DNA from: Verrucomicrobiales bacterium
GTDB taxonomy: Bacteria > Verrucomicrobiota > Verrucomicrobiia > Verrucomicrobiales > V1-33
Assembly: GCA_031411295.1 (NCBI GenBank)
Contig: JANOAV010000205.1
Span: 39,933 to 103,932, forward strand
Direction: 5' to 3'
Length of the DNA: 64,000 bases
A program made the translations under genes and the position numbers. Shown piece by piece: positions 42,101-50,716 of this stretch (the first letter of the stretch is position 1; each line of letters opens with the position of its first letter). The notes under the pieces were generated by a model, which worked only from the letters and a program-made list of their open reading frames with translations, was not told the DNA's origin and searched no databases.

Positions 42101-44557
42101 TTGCATCGTGTTTCCCATGAACGCAAAGGCACCCCCATTCCGTTAGAACTTACTTTTCCCTGGGGAAATCAACAGTTCTGGGGTAGTGAACGGGAGTATG
42201 GTTGGTGTCGATCTACGTGTGCTCCAAAAATTCTGGGCTGCGCATTTATGTCCTTGGATGATTGGTGTTTCGCGGAGCTTGATCGAGGAATACCCATTGA
42301 GGAAATTTACCAAAGCATCCTGGAAGGGAATGAGTGTATTGCTGTTCTCGGCACAGCAGCCATGCTCGCTTTGCATACAGCAAGCGTCTCCGAAACAACG
42401 CTGCCCCTGTTTACCTCCCAACGGATTTTGGCGGCCGATGACGAGCGCTGGAAGGAAGATTTTTCGACAACTGCCAGCTTGATTGGTTTTGAATACCCCA
42501 AGGATAAAAATCACATCGAGGCAGTGAAGTCTATAGATGCTAGGGCTGTCAGGAAACAACGATTAAGCTGGATGGTTCCGAACTTCATCTTCTCGTCTGG
42601 CACGTTCAGCGAGCAGATGCGGGCTGCACTGCTTGGATTTGAGAAGAACCTGCCCTTCCAATACCAAGAGCACATCGACCATCCTGAAGCGCAAGAACAC
42701 TTTTTAGCACAGGCACGCAAGTATGCCGAGATGGCTCACAATGAGAACTACCAAGCATTAAAGGTGGAGGATGATCCGAGCAAAATTGCTATCGTTCATG
42801 TCAGTCCGTCCGCCACGACCCCTGAAAATGTGGCGAAGGCCCAAGAAGCAAGGGCACGGCTGCTCGATGGTGACATCTGGGCTTGGGTATCAAAATGTTT
42901 CGAGCAAAAAGTGATTTGTGACTCCTACACGATTGAGAAGGCTGTTGAGATGGCCAAAGTTTCCGACATGGAAGCTTTGTTCGCAGGTTCGACAGTCGAG
43001 ATCGAAGAGGATCAATTTGGAATGCGTCGAGGCGCTGTCGCAGGGACAGCGGCAGTGGTGTTGGCCTTCCGTGAGGGAATCCCACTAAAGGAATTGGAGT
43101 GGGCGCGCGAAGTGTTGACCCGTGTCACCAGATCTCCCGAGAAAGGTGGTAGATTTTGGTTTCCAGAGGTGAGTATTCCATGGCATCCGTGTATTTATGC
43201 AGCCCGTGGCGTAGCCGCCGACATCCGGCATGGCACTGCGGCAAGAAGTGCTGTGCAAGATTTGCTCAATTTGATCGCACACCCATTGGAGGGAGTAGCC
43301 AAGGTAGCGTTGGCGGAAGCCTGCGCACTATGGAACGCTGACCAGAAGCTGACTTGGGCAGCATTACATCTTGCCTTATCACTGTGCCACATTCCACCGA
43401 TCCCCAAGGAGAAAATGCGGCCCTTCGGTCAGCCTCATCACACGCCGAAGCAGGCCAAAAAAGCTGTTGGATCGGCATTCGCATGGTATGTCAAACCGCT
43501 TAGCTGGAAATCTCTTCCGTTGCCTCCTTTGGCATGGATCAAAGTTCAGCGCAAGGGACCACGAAGGCCTAGGTCCTACGATGATTACTACCCGGATGAT
43601 TTAGTCGACCCAGAACAGGAATGGGCACATCCAGAGACCATCTGGCATTCGAAGCAGGCAGCGCAGGTTTTAAAGCAAATTCCGTTCGAGGCTATCTTTC
43701 AAAGCGACGCCAAGGAGTCTCTGCTGGATTTCCTCGCAGATATCCTTCAGTGGACAAGTGATAGACTGATGCCGCCTTGGGTTAAGCGACATCGTCATAA
43801 CCGCAGAGATACCCAGATACTTGAATGGACGTATGCGCTGGCAAATTTACTAGGCGATATCGCTGGCCTCCTGCCGCTCGGTGAATTTCGTCCACGTTTC
43901 CTTGATCGTATCCTCTCCCTCGAAGGTGAGGCCTGCTGGGATATGCTCGACCCATTCACCCGTTCAGTCGTCTGTAGATTTGTTTATGATGCTCCCTCAA
44001 TTCCGCCGGATACTTTTGAGCTGCTTGACCTGTGTTTGACACGGCTCTTGAGCGACTCTGTCTTCACATGCTCCCCATACAATGACGGGAGATTTTTTGG
44101 TTGGCACCTTCCCGAGGTCGTTCGCACACTACTTTTCGTTTCGGTCGAAAGGGCTGAACTCGCGGCCCGATACGTCAATGGTGATTGGTCTGAGATAAAT
44201 CTGATTCTTCCATTGGTCGATCGATTAGTCTGTGCAGGTGGATGGACCGCTTTTGTTATGGGTAATTTTCTGACGCTCGTAGAACGCGCCAAAGCATACT
44301 ATCCGTCAGAAGCATTTGCGAATCAAATTCTCCACGTTTTAGCAAATGGGGAGCAACAAGTTAAGGGGTGGCATGGGACTTTTTTGTCCTCTCGTATCGC
44401 TGAAATGATCCAATTTTTCGCTCATAGGGACAATCCTCTCCCACATGCGCTCGCTCAAAAATTTCTGCGTGTGCTCGACATGCTTGTGGATATGGGGGAC
44501 AGAAGGAGCGCTGCACTCCAGCTTAGCGAATCGTTTCGTAGCGTTAGGCTTGCGTAG
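39167..44557 (+). CDS. Large STAND NTPase with N-terminal PD-(D/E)xK-like nuclease (Avs/NLR-like candidate defence protein)
   Basis: N-terminal GGEGFTYE...PLDD...LQVK; Walker A GMPGSGKS; Walker B ILFIDAID; RRPFF; FAHDIFFEW; ~1150-aa C-terminal region. Lower GC than flanking genes. Confidence 0.8.
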   Translation: MGQSPELAGGEGFTYEGYAAAFYLAAVLDEGYGPGIDGMRVVCVSVQQRDFGEPLDDLIVDFEDLSRNRARLSLQVKRTLTVSSARSNADFREIIRDCWATLKKPDFRIAIDRYGVAVGTISSMKEHALKTLCDWARESLTPHHFDHRFSPTGSASEEMKSMRREIVSLLEEVGKGSGCTSEEIHQFFAHFVLIRFDFLREGATHSPEAINRIKECLNPEDAAQAPLVWARLIQLVRASSGKSGQFDRSRLLHQTSHVARFRSAMSLRNDLDKIAELAHSYANLIPDDVAGIKLERDELLQSLKDKLTSARLVQVKGMPGSGKSVLVRRLLQSGLEHGPVLFLKAEQIEGTSWISYATSNGLSGAPLEKLLLEIGTTGTPILFIDAIDRIEKEHQPVIIDLFRAILDSPFLEDWRIVVSLRDTGIEVLRNWLGPCLDRLTLASVEVKQLRDEDAKMLATAKPHLHPLLFGTPQIREIVRRPFFAKILHQCYAADSDAPIPMLSSEVDLIEHWWKRGGYNESGQPAIGRQRTLVELSRLRAGQLNQPILLSQLSSIVHIEALKLDGILQDARPGISVRFAHDIFFEWAIFYALADRGEQWIEEIKSCGEPPAVARVVELSSQWEYDRGSLWQTNLKAVERPEIRSQWLRAWLVGPLGSSKFEMDSDQFCRAAFADDYRLFQKTLVWFQAEKTTPNPNITSGDFPADQRQRFADLLGWPSDFGVWRRLIQFILSRISDIPVRLYPEIVAIFEVWQNALASLRNPISTAFLQHCATWLTSIDLETGLDRLARGKRTIETIWVQIPDLKAFRASMVQLLLRSTQSEPALVAAYLSQLAASKDFRDEPFVEILPFSSSLAQTMPKSLVDLSLAYFCEELPEDRITRKAEERRIKAEWRKSIRNKPKAERTEQEERSLSFSQSLHNDDVPYKAWENLSIRDGLQNFWPPSPLREPFHSLFRLAPREALRLLRSLCNHAMETWRQLHRVSHERKGTPIPLELTFPWGNQQFWGSEREYGWCRSTCAPKILGCAFMSLDDWCFAELDRGIPIEEIYQSILEGNECIAVLGTAAMLALHTASVSETTLPLFTSQRILAADDERWKEDFSTTASLIGFEYPKDKNHIEAVKSIDARAVRKQRLSWMVPNFIFSSGTFSEQMRAALLGFEKNLPFQYQEHIDHPEAQEHFLAQARKYAEMAHNENYQALKVEDDPSKIAIVHVSPSATTPENVAKAQEARARLLDGDIWAWVSKCFEQKVICDSYTIEKAVEMAKVSDMEALFAGSTVEIEEDQFGMRRGAVAGTAAVVLAFREGIPLKELEWAREVLTRVTRSPEKGGRFWFPEVSIPWHPCIYAARGVAADIRHGTAARSAVQDLLNLIAHPLEGVAKVALAEACALWNADQKLTWAALHLALSLCHIPPIPKEKMRPFGQPHHTPKQAKKAVGSAFAWYVKPLSWKSLPLPPLAWIKVQRKGPRRPRSYDDYYPDDLVDPEQEWAHPETIWHSKQAAQVLKQIPFEAIFQSDAKESLLDFLADILQWTSDRLMPPWVKRHRHNRRDTQILEWTYALANLLGDIAGLLPLGEFRPRFLDRILSLEGEACWDMLDPFTRSVVCRFVYDAPSIPPDTFELLDLCLTRLLSDSVFTCSPYNDGRFFGWHLPEVVRTLLFVSVERAELAARYVNGDWSEINLILPLVDRLVCAGGWTAFVMGNFLTLVERAKAYYPSEAFANQILHVLANGEQQVKGWHGTFLSSRIAEMIQFFAHRDNPLPHALAQKFLRVLDMLVDMGDRRSAALQLSESFRSVRLA

Positions 44558-44569
44558 AAAGTCACTTGC

Positions 44570-45082
44570 CTAGCCCACAGCATCAAAAGATTTCTGAATC
44601 GGCAGGAAAATCGTAAGCTGATTGTCCGGCAACAATTCGAAGCCTGAGCGGCTGCAGAACTTGGCGAGGGAATCATCTTTGGCATCGACAAAAAGGCCAG
44701 CGACGCCAACGCGAGCGGCGGCCTTGGCTGTTTTGACGAGAGCCGTCACCATGAGGTCGGTGCCGAGGCATTTGTCTTGCCGGGTGAGGGAAACGGCCGA
44801 GCGGCTGAGCCGGATAGCGGGGATGCGGGACGGATTCTTTTTGGCGAGTTTGGCTGACGAGTAAGCACCTTCGGCTTCGCAGGCTGAGAGGGAGAGGAAG
44901 CCGTGGATGGACCTCGGCGGCTTGGCTTCTGTGTCAACCAAGACGGATGTCTGGGAGATGCCTCGCTCCTTGTGCACCCGGGCAACTTCAAGGAGGAATC
45001 GGTTTGACGGCTCGCGGCAACAAGCGAAGGCGGCGTGGTCGTGTGATTCGAGCTTGAGTAATTTAGGTCGGTATGCGGCTAT
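44570..45082 (-). pseudogene. Degenerate GNAT toxin (TacT/AtaT-like acetyltransferase)
   Basis: Homology-like sequence (HDHAAFACC, IPAIRLSR.AV, VDAKDD) extends upstream to an ATA codon at 45082 with no in-frame ATG. Acetyl-CoA motif is decayed (QDKCLG). No DUF1778 antitoxin upstream. Confidence 0.65.
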
Positions 45083-45149
45083 GAGCCTCGTGTTGACTCA
45101 GACATTACCGGTGGTTGCCAAGGTGTGTTCATGCGCATAATTGTGTCAA

Positions 45150-45398
45150 ATGAGAACCACCATTGACCTGCCAGAACCGCTTTACAAGAGCCTCAAGCTC
45201 TTGACGCTGCAGCAACGTATCAGCCTCAAGGCCTTCATCAAGCAGGCTCTGGAAACTGCTTTGCAGGCTCCAGTGACCACGGGAACAACGATGGAGAAAC
45301 CTCCCATCAGCCGCAGCAAAGGAGTGATCCCAGGACTGTCTAAACAGGCTTCGACCGAACTGCTAGCAATTGAGGACGAAGCCAAAGCTGGCCTATGA
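45150..45398 (+). CDS. VapB-like RHH antitoxin
   Basis: MRTTIDLPEPLYKSLK...SLK..I..AL; ATGA overlap with a PIN fragment. Confidence 0.75.
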   Translation: MRTTIDLPEPLYKSLKLLTLQQRISLKAFIKQALETALQAPVTTGTTMEKPPISRSKGVIPGLSKQASTELLAIEDEAKAGL

Positions 45399-45466
45399 AA
45401 ACCATAGCGGACGTAAATGTCCTGTTTGCCCTGCTAGATGGAGGTGAATTTCTAGCGTCAATTTGA
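45395..45466 (+). pseudogene. Truncated VapC/PIN toxin remnant
   Basis: MKTIADVNVLFALLD matches the PIN N-terminal DxNVL motif; stop after 23 codons. Confidence 0.7.
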
Positions 45467-45623
45467 GCCGTCAGCCGTCGTGGGTCGAAGAATTAAGCTT
45501 TCGTGTGCGCAGCTTGGGCTCGTCGCCACGAACCGGAGAATTTCGCAGGCGGCGGCACTTGTTCCAGCGAAAGACAAGTAACTCTGACTGGCACCCGGCC
45601 GCTGATTCAGTATGCTCGCCCAA

Positions 45624-47426
45624 ATGAATCCACTGCGAACCGCCGTTCTGCGACTGCTGATGCCCCTGGGACTCCTTGGCTGGAGTTCGGCTCGGGCTGA
45701 GATCGCTGCGACTTACGCGGCAGGTGGCACCACGCCTGTGCCCTCTTCAGTTGCCGGTGGCACTTGGACCTTGAATAACTCAGGTGCCATCAATGGAACC
45801 ATCGTCGTAAGTGCAGCCGTCAGCCCAGATGGAAGCACAGGATTGAATGCCTGGCGCATGTTGGATCATAGCACCACCGGAACGACTTCCCTGCTGGCCG
45901 CAGCAGGTCCTGACGATGTGACGGTAAATGAAGTTTTCTCGGACCACATGGTGCTGCAACGCGACATCGCCTTACCCGTCTGGGGCACTGCGTCCGCCGG
46001 GCATCGCGTGACCGTGGAGTTTGCCGGACAAGCCGCTTCCACGCTGGCCGATGCCGCGGGGAAATGGTCGGTGAAACTGCCTCCACTAGCTGCCAGTAAT
46101 ATTTCGCGACCGCTCACGATCCGGGCGGATGGCGAAGGCCGCACAACCATCAACGATGTGCTCGTAGGCGAAGTTTGGATCTGTGCGGGCCAGAGCAACA
46201 TGGAGTTCCGCTGCAATCAGGAAGCCACTTGGGCTACTGAACAAACTTCTGCCACGCTGCCAGAAGTGCGCCTGCGGAACATGGGGTATGCCGGCCAGGG
46301 CCACGCTGCCAGCGGCTACTCCGCAGCCTTGGTGGCTCGGCAGACACCGGCAGAGTTTTACAACCCCAGCACGTGGACTGCTTGCACCGCCGCCAGTGCC
46401 GCACCCTTCAGTGCTGTGGGATATTTCTTCGCCAAGGAAATGCGTAATGCTTGGGATGTTCCGATTGGCCTCATCAATCTTAGCGTCGGTGGAAGTCCGG
46501 CGGAAGCTTGGATTCGGCGTGCCGCGTTGGCGGAAAACGCTCCGTTTGCCTCGATGCTTACTCCCAACTGGACCAGCAATAATGCGCATCTGGAACCTTG
46601 GTGCAATGGCCGAGCCTTGGTGCAACTGGGATCTAACTTCGCCACCGCCCCCAGCGATGACTTGGGCCCGAATCATTCATTCAAGCCCGCGTTCCTCTGG
46701 GACAGCGGTCCCGCTCGCCTCGCTCCGTTCGCCATGCGCGGGGTGCTGTGGTATCAAGGCGAAAGCAATGCGCTCTCCCACATCGGAGAGGCCGGCGTGG
46801 CGAATCCCCAATGGCGCGTGGAGCAACACGAAACGCTCTTTCCTTTGCTGGTCAATGATTGGCGGACGCAGTGGGGGCAGGGGAATTTCCCGTTCTTGGT
46901 ATGCCAACTTAGCAGCATTAGTGAGACTTCCTACGACTCCCATTTCTGGGCGCAATTTCGCGATCAGCAACGACGCCACGCGGCAACGCTCCCCAACGTG
47001 GGACTGGCCGTCACCAGTGATATCGGAAATTCCACCAACGTGCACCCCACCAACAAACGCGACGTCGGCAAACGACTCGCCCAGTGGGCGCGACGCAATG
47101 TTTACCAGGACCCCAGCGTGTTAGCCTGTCCGCTGCCAACCACCGCCACCCGCAGCGGCAGCACAGTCATAATTCATTTCAATGACGCTGGCACCGCCCT
47201 TGCTACGAGCAACGCAGCGACTCCAGCCAGCCTGGAGCTTGCCGGAGCGGACGGGGTCTTTGCTGCGGCCACTGCCACCATCTCGGGAGCGGATCTGATT
47301 GTTACCAGCGCCAGCATCGCCACGCCAGTGAAAGTGCGCTACGCGTGGCAACCGTTCTCGCAGGGAAATCTCGTCAATTCTGCGGGATTACCCTGCAGCA
47401 CGTTTCTTCTTAACGTCACCCCATGA
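45624..47426 (+). CDS. Sialate O-acetylesterase (SGNH)
   Basis: FSDHMVLQR, GEVW.C.GQSNM, GGS..EAW, WYQGESN, VHP.NK, VRYAW. Confidence 0.9.
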   Translation: MNPLRTAVLRLLMPLGLLGWSSARAEIAATYAAGGTTPVPSSVAGGTWTLNNSGAINGTIVVSAAVSPDGSTGLNAWRMLDHSTTGTTSLLAAAGPDDVTVNEVFSDHMVLQRDIALPVWGTASAGHRVTVEFAGQAASTLADAAGKWSVKLPPLAASNISRPLTIRADGEGRTTINDVLVGEVWICAGQSNMEFRCNQEATWATEQTSATLPEVRLRNMGYAGQGHAASGYSAALVARQTPAEFYNPSTWTACTAASAAPFSAVGYFFAKEMRNAWDVPIGLINLSVGGSPAEAWIRRAALAENAPFASMLTPNWTSNNAHLEPWCNGRALVQLGSNFATAPSDDLGPNHSFKPAFLWDSGPARLAPFAMRGVLWYQGESNALSHIGEAGVANPQWRVEQHETLFPLLVNDWRTQWGQGNFPFLVCQLSSISETSYDSHFWAQFRDQQRRHAATLPNVGLAVTSDIGNSTNVHPTNKRDVGKRLAQWARRNVYQDPSVLACPLPTTATRSGSTVIIHFNDAGTALATSNAATPASLELAGADGVFAAATATISGADLIVTSASIATPVKVRYAWQPFSQGNLVNSAGLPCSTFLLNVTP

Positions 47427-48451
47427 TCCGCCTGATCCTTATTCTTTTCATGACTGCACTCGCTTGTTTTGCTGATACCCTAACTTGGAAACAACTCCCC
47501 GCCCTGCCCGAACCACTGGGCGTGGCTGCTCCCTACGCCGGCGTGACGGGCGGAGCGCTGCTAGTGGCTGGCGGAGCGTATTTTCCTGACAAAATGCCGT
47601 GGGACGGAGGGCAAAAGAAATGGTTGGATCAAGTGTGGTTGCTACCAAAACCCGATGGGGTCTGGAAGGAAATCGGGAAGCTCCCGCGTCCGTTGGCCTA
47701 CGGCATCAGCGTGACGCATGGCAACAGCGTCATTTGCGTGGGCGGTAGCGATGCGATGCAGCATCACGCGGATTGTTTCAAGCTCACGTGGACCGTTGAT
47801 GGGTTGTTGCAGGAAAATTTACCCCAGCTGCCAATCGCCCTCTCGGCTGCCAGCGGAGCATTGGTGGGAGAAGTCCTGATTGTTTGCTGCGGGGCGGAAC
47901 AACCGGGCGAACAAGCGGCTACCAATCGGGCCTTTGCGTTGGATTTGTCAGGGAAGGAAATGGCTTGGAAGGAACTGCCAGCGTTGCCGGGGAAAGCTCG
48001 ATTGCTGGCCACTGCCGCCGCCTATGGTGACGTGTTTTATTTGTTCGGCGGAGCGGCCTTGGCACCAAATGCGGAGGGAAAAGTCGTGCGGCAGTTTCTG
48101 AAAGAAGCGTGGAGTTTCACCATGAAAGACGGTTGGAAGCAACTCGCTGACTTACCAAGACCCAGCGTAGCTGCCCCTGCCCCAGCTCCATTTCACCAAG
48201 GAAAGTTCCTTCTGGTTGGAGGTGATGACGGATCGCGTGTCGGCTTTCAACCCCTAACGGAGCACCCAGGCTTTCCTAAAGGCATCCTCGCCTATGATCC
48301 CGCCATAGACCGCTGGAGCCAGCAGGGAGAAGTCCCCGCACCACGCGCCACCGTCCCGTGTGCCGAGTGGCAGGGAAACATCATCATTCCCAGTGGTGAA
48401 GTCCGCCCCGGCGTGCGGTCCCCTGAAATTTGGAGCCTACGAGGGAATTAG
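47423..48451 (+). CDS. Kelch-repeat protein, N-acetylneuraminate epimerase (NanM-like)
   Basis: Repeated W..LP.LP...GG kelch units; position within the sialic acid operon. Confidence 0.8.
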   Translation: MIRLILILFMTALACFADTLTWKQLPALPEPLGVAAPYAGVTGGALLVAGGAYFPDKMPWDGGQKKWLDQVWLLPKPDGVWKEIGKLPRPLAYGISVTHGNSVICVGGSDAMQHHADCFKLTWTVDGLLQENLPQLPIALSAASGALVGEVLIVCCGAEQPGEQAATNRAFALDLSGKEMAWKELPALPGKARLLATAAAYGDVFYLFGGAALAPNAEGKVVRQFLKEAWSFTMKDGWKQLADLPRPSVAAPAPAPFHQGKFLLVGGDDGSRVGFQPLTEHPGFPKGILAYDPAIDRWSQQGEVPAPRATVPCAEWQGNIIIPSGEVRPGVRSPEIWSLRGN

Positions 48452-48452
48452 T

Positions 48453-49712
48453 ATGCACTCCCAAACACGTTCACTTCAACGCACCGCATGGCTCATTGTC
48501 GCCTTGCTGGCCCCCGTGGCACTCTTGAATTATCTGGATCGTCAAATGTTGGCGACGATGAAATTTTCGGTGATGCAAGACCTGACGGACATTCGCACAG
48601 AAGAAGATTGGGGTATAATGCTTGGCCAATTCAAATGGGTATATGCCTTTCTAAGCCCCATTGGAGGTTATCTGGCGGATCGCTTCAGCCGCCGATGGAC
48701 GATTTGTGGCAGCCTCTTTGCCTGGTCTGCAGTGACCTGGTGGACAGGGCATGTGCAAAGCTTTAGCGAACTCATGCACGCCCGCACGCTCATGGGTGTG
48801 AGTGAGGCATTTTATATACCCGCGGCTCTGGCGTTGATTGCCGACTATCACATGGGTTCCACGCGTTCCCGGGCGATTGGTATTCACCAAATGGGGATTT
48901 ACTGCGGGGTGATCATTGGTGGCTTCAGTGGTTATGTGGCGGATGCCCCCAATTTCGGCTGGCGCTGGGCTTTCGATGTTTGTGGCATTGGTGGAATGCT
49001 TTTCGCGCTGCCTTTGGTTTTCCTGCTGCGCGATGCACCCAAACTACCAGGAGCAACTTCGTCCTCCACTTCCCCGTGGGGTGCCGCTCGTGAGTTGCTC
49101 ACCAATGTTTCTTTTATATTGCTGGTGCTTTATTTCACCCTGCCAGCGTTGGCCGGATGGGTGGTTCGGGATTGGATGCCTGCCATTTTGAAGAAAGAGT
49201 TCAACATCGGTCAGGGGCAGGCTGGAGTTTCGGCCACACTCTTCTGGCAAGTGGCGGCTATTGTGGGCGCTTTCGTGGGCAGTTGGTTGGCAGATCGCTG
49301 GATGCAGAAGACGGATCGCGGAAGAATCTATGTCAGTGCGATTGGAATGGCGTTGATCATTCCGGCTATGTTCGGGGTGGGCTACGCACCGCAGACGGGA
49401 ATGCTCTGGGTGGCAGTGGCATTTCTCATCCTCTTTGGGCTGGGCTGGGGCTTCTTTGATAGCAACAACATGCCCATCCTCTGCCAGATCGCCCGACCCG
49501 AATTACGCGCCACCGGCTATGGTCTCATGAATCTCGTAAGTATTAGCGCTGGCGGGTTGGCGGACCGTGGTTTCGGTCTGCTGCGCGATCAGAATGTGCC
49601 ACTGTTTGGCATCTTCAGTGTTTTTGCCAGCGCGGCTCTCATCTCCGTAGTCCTAGTGCTACTCATCAAGCCGCGGCCCACCGAGAACCTTTCCCTTCAA
49701 TCTCCCCACTAA
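48453..49712 (+). CDS. MFS transporter (probable sialic acid uptake)
   Basis: LNYLDRQ, GYLADRFSRR, GVSEAFY.PA; about 12 TM helices; lies between nanM-like and nanA. Confidence 0.85.
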   Translation: MHSQTRSLQRTAWLIVALLAPVALLNYLDRQMLATMKFSVMQDLTDIRTEEDWGIMLGQFKWVYAFLSPIGGYLADRFSRRWTICGSLFAWSAVTWWTGHVQSFSELMHARTLMGVSEAFYIPAALALIADYHMGSTRSRAIGIHQMGIYCGVIIGGFSGYVADAPNFGWRWAFDVCGIGGMLFALPLVFLLRDAPKLPGATSSSTSPWGAARELLTNVSFILLVLYFTLPALAGWVVRDWMPAILKKEFNIGQGQAGVSATLFWQVAAIVGAFVGSWLADRWMQKTDRGRIYVSAIGMALIIPAMFGVGYAPQTGMLWVAVAFLILFGLGWGFFDSNNMPILCQIARPELRATGYGLMNLVSISAGGLADRGFGLLRDQNVPLFGIFSVFASAALISVVLVLLIKPRPTENLSLQSPH

Positions 49713-49728
49713 TCCTCACATTCTCGTT

Positions 49729-49756
49729 GCGGGGGCTCGTGACCTCGCCTTCCACA
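49729..49756 (-). repeat. REP family D single copy (intergenic)
   Basis: Minus strand tgtggaaggcgaggtcacgagcccccgc resembles the 34088-34114 arm. Confidence 0.65.
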
Positions 49757-49767
49757 TTTTAACCAAC

Positions 49768-50682
49768 ATGAAACCACACTATCCACTCATCGGTCTCGTG
49801 GCCGCTACTCACACTCCTTTTCATCCTGATGGCTCGCTGAATCTGACCATCGTCGAACGCCAGGCGGAGCATTTGCTCAACGATGGGGTGCGGAAGATTT
49901 TCATTGGTGGAAGCACCGGGGAAAGTAGCTCACTAACACTCGATGAGCGGCTCGCGCTGGCGCAGCGATGGAGTGAAGTGATGCAGGGCACGGAATTGAA
50001 ATTGGTCGTGCATGTCGGATCCAATTGTCTGGCCGATTCACGCACCCTGGCCCAACAAGCGCAAACCTTGGGAGCCGTCGCGATTTCAGCGTTGGCACCG
50101 TCGTATTTCAAGCCGCGCAACTTGGACCTGCTCATTGCTTGCTGCGCGGAAATTGCTTCCGCTGCGCCTGAAACCCCGTTTTACTACTACGATATCCCTG
50201 TTCTTACCGGCGTCTCCTTATCCATGCCAGAGTTTCTGAAACAAGCCCCAGAGCGCATTCCCACGTTGGCAGGACTGAAATTCACCAACCCCGATCTCAT
50301 GGCCTACTTGCAATGCTTGAACACAGGCGAATGGGACATTCCCTGGGGCATCGATGAATGGATGCTGGGCGCCCTAGCCACAGGCGCCCAGGGGGCCGTC
50401 GGCAGCGGATTCAACTTTGCCGCGCCCGTTTATCATTCCCTCATCCGCTCCTTCTCCCAAGGCGACTTCGCAGCCGCCCGGATGGCGCAACATCGCGGCA
50501 CCGAACTCGTGTCACTGCTGGCCAGTTACGGCTATATGGGAGCCGCCAAAGCCACCATGACCATGCTGGGGGTGGATGTAGGCCCAGCCCGCCTTCCCAA
50601 CGCATCGCTGACGCTGGAGCAAACCACCAAGCTGCGGGCTGATCTTGAGAAGTTGGGCTTCTTCGACTGGCGCTGCTGCTAA
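49768..50682 (+). CDS. nanA: N-acetylneuraminate lyase (DHDPS family)
   Basis: GSTGE, HVG, PSYFK, YYYDIP.LTG, GLKFT (Schiff-base Lys); operon context. Confidence 0.85.
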   Translation: MKPHYPLIGLVAATHTPFHPDGSLNLTIVERQAEHLLNDGVRKIFIGGSTGESSSLTLDERLALAQRWSEVMQGTELKLVVHVGSNCLADSRTLAQQAQTLGAVAISALAPSYFKPRNLDLLIACCAEIASAAPETPFYYYDIPVLTGVSLSMPEFLKQAPERIPTLAGLKFTNPDLMAYLQCLNTGEWDIPWGIDEWMLGALATGAQGAVGSGFNFAAPVYHSLIRSFSQGDFAAARMAQHRGTELVSLLASYGYMGAAKATMTMLGVDVGPARLPNASLTLEQTTKLRADLEKLGFFDWRCC

Positions 50683-50716
50683 TTCCAAACCGGATCCCCA
50701 AACGGGCTTCACGTGG

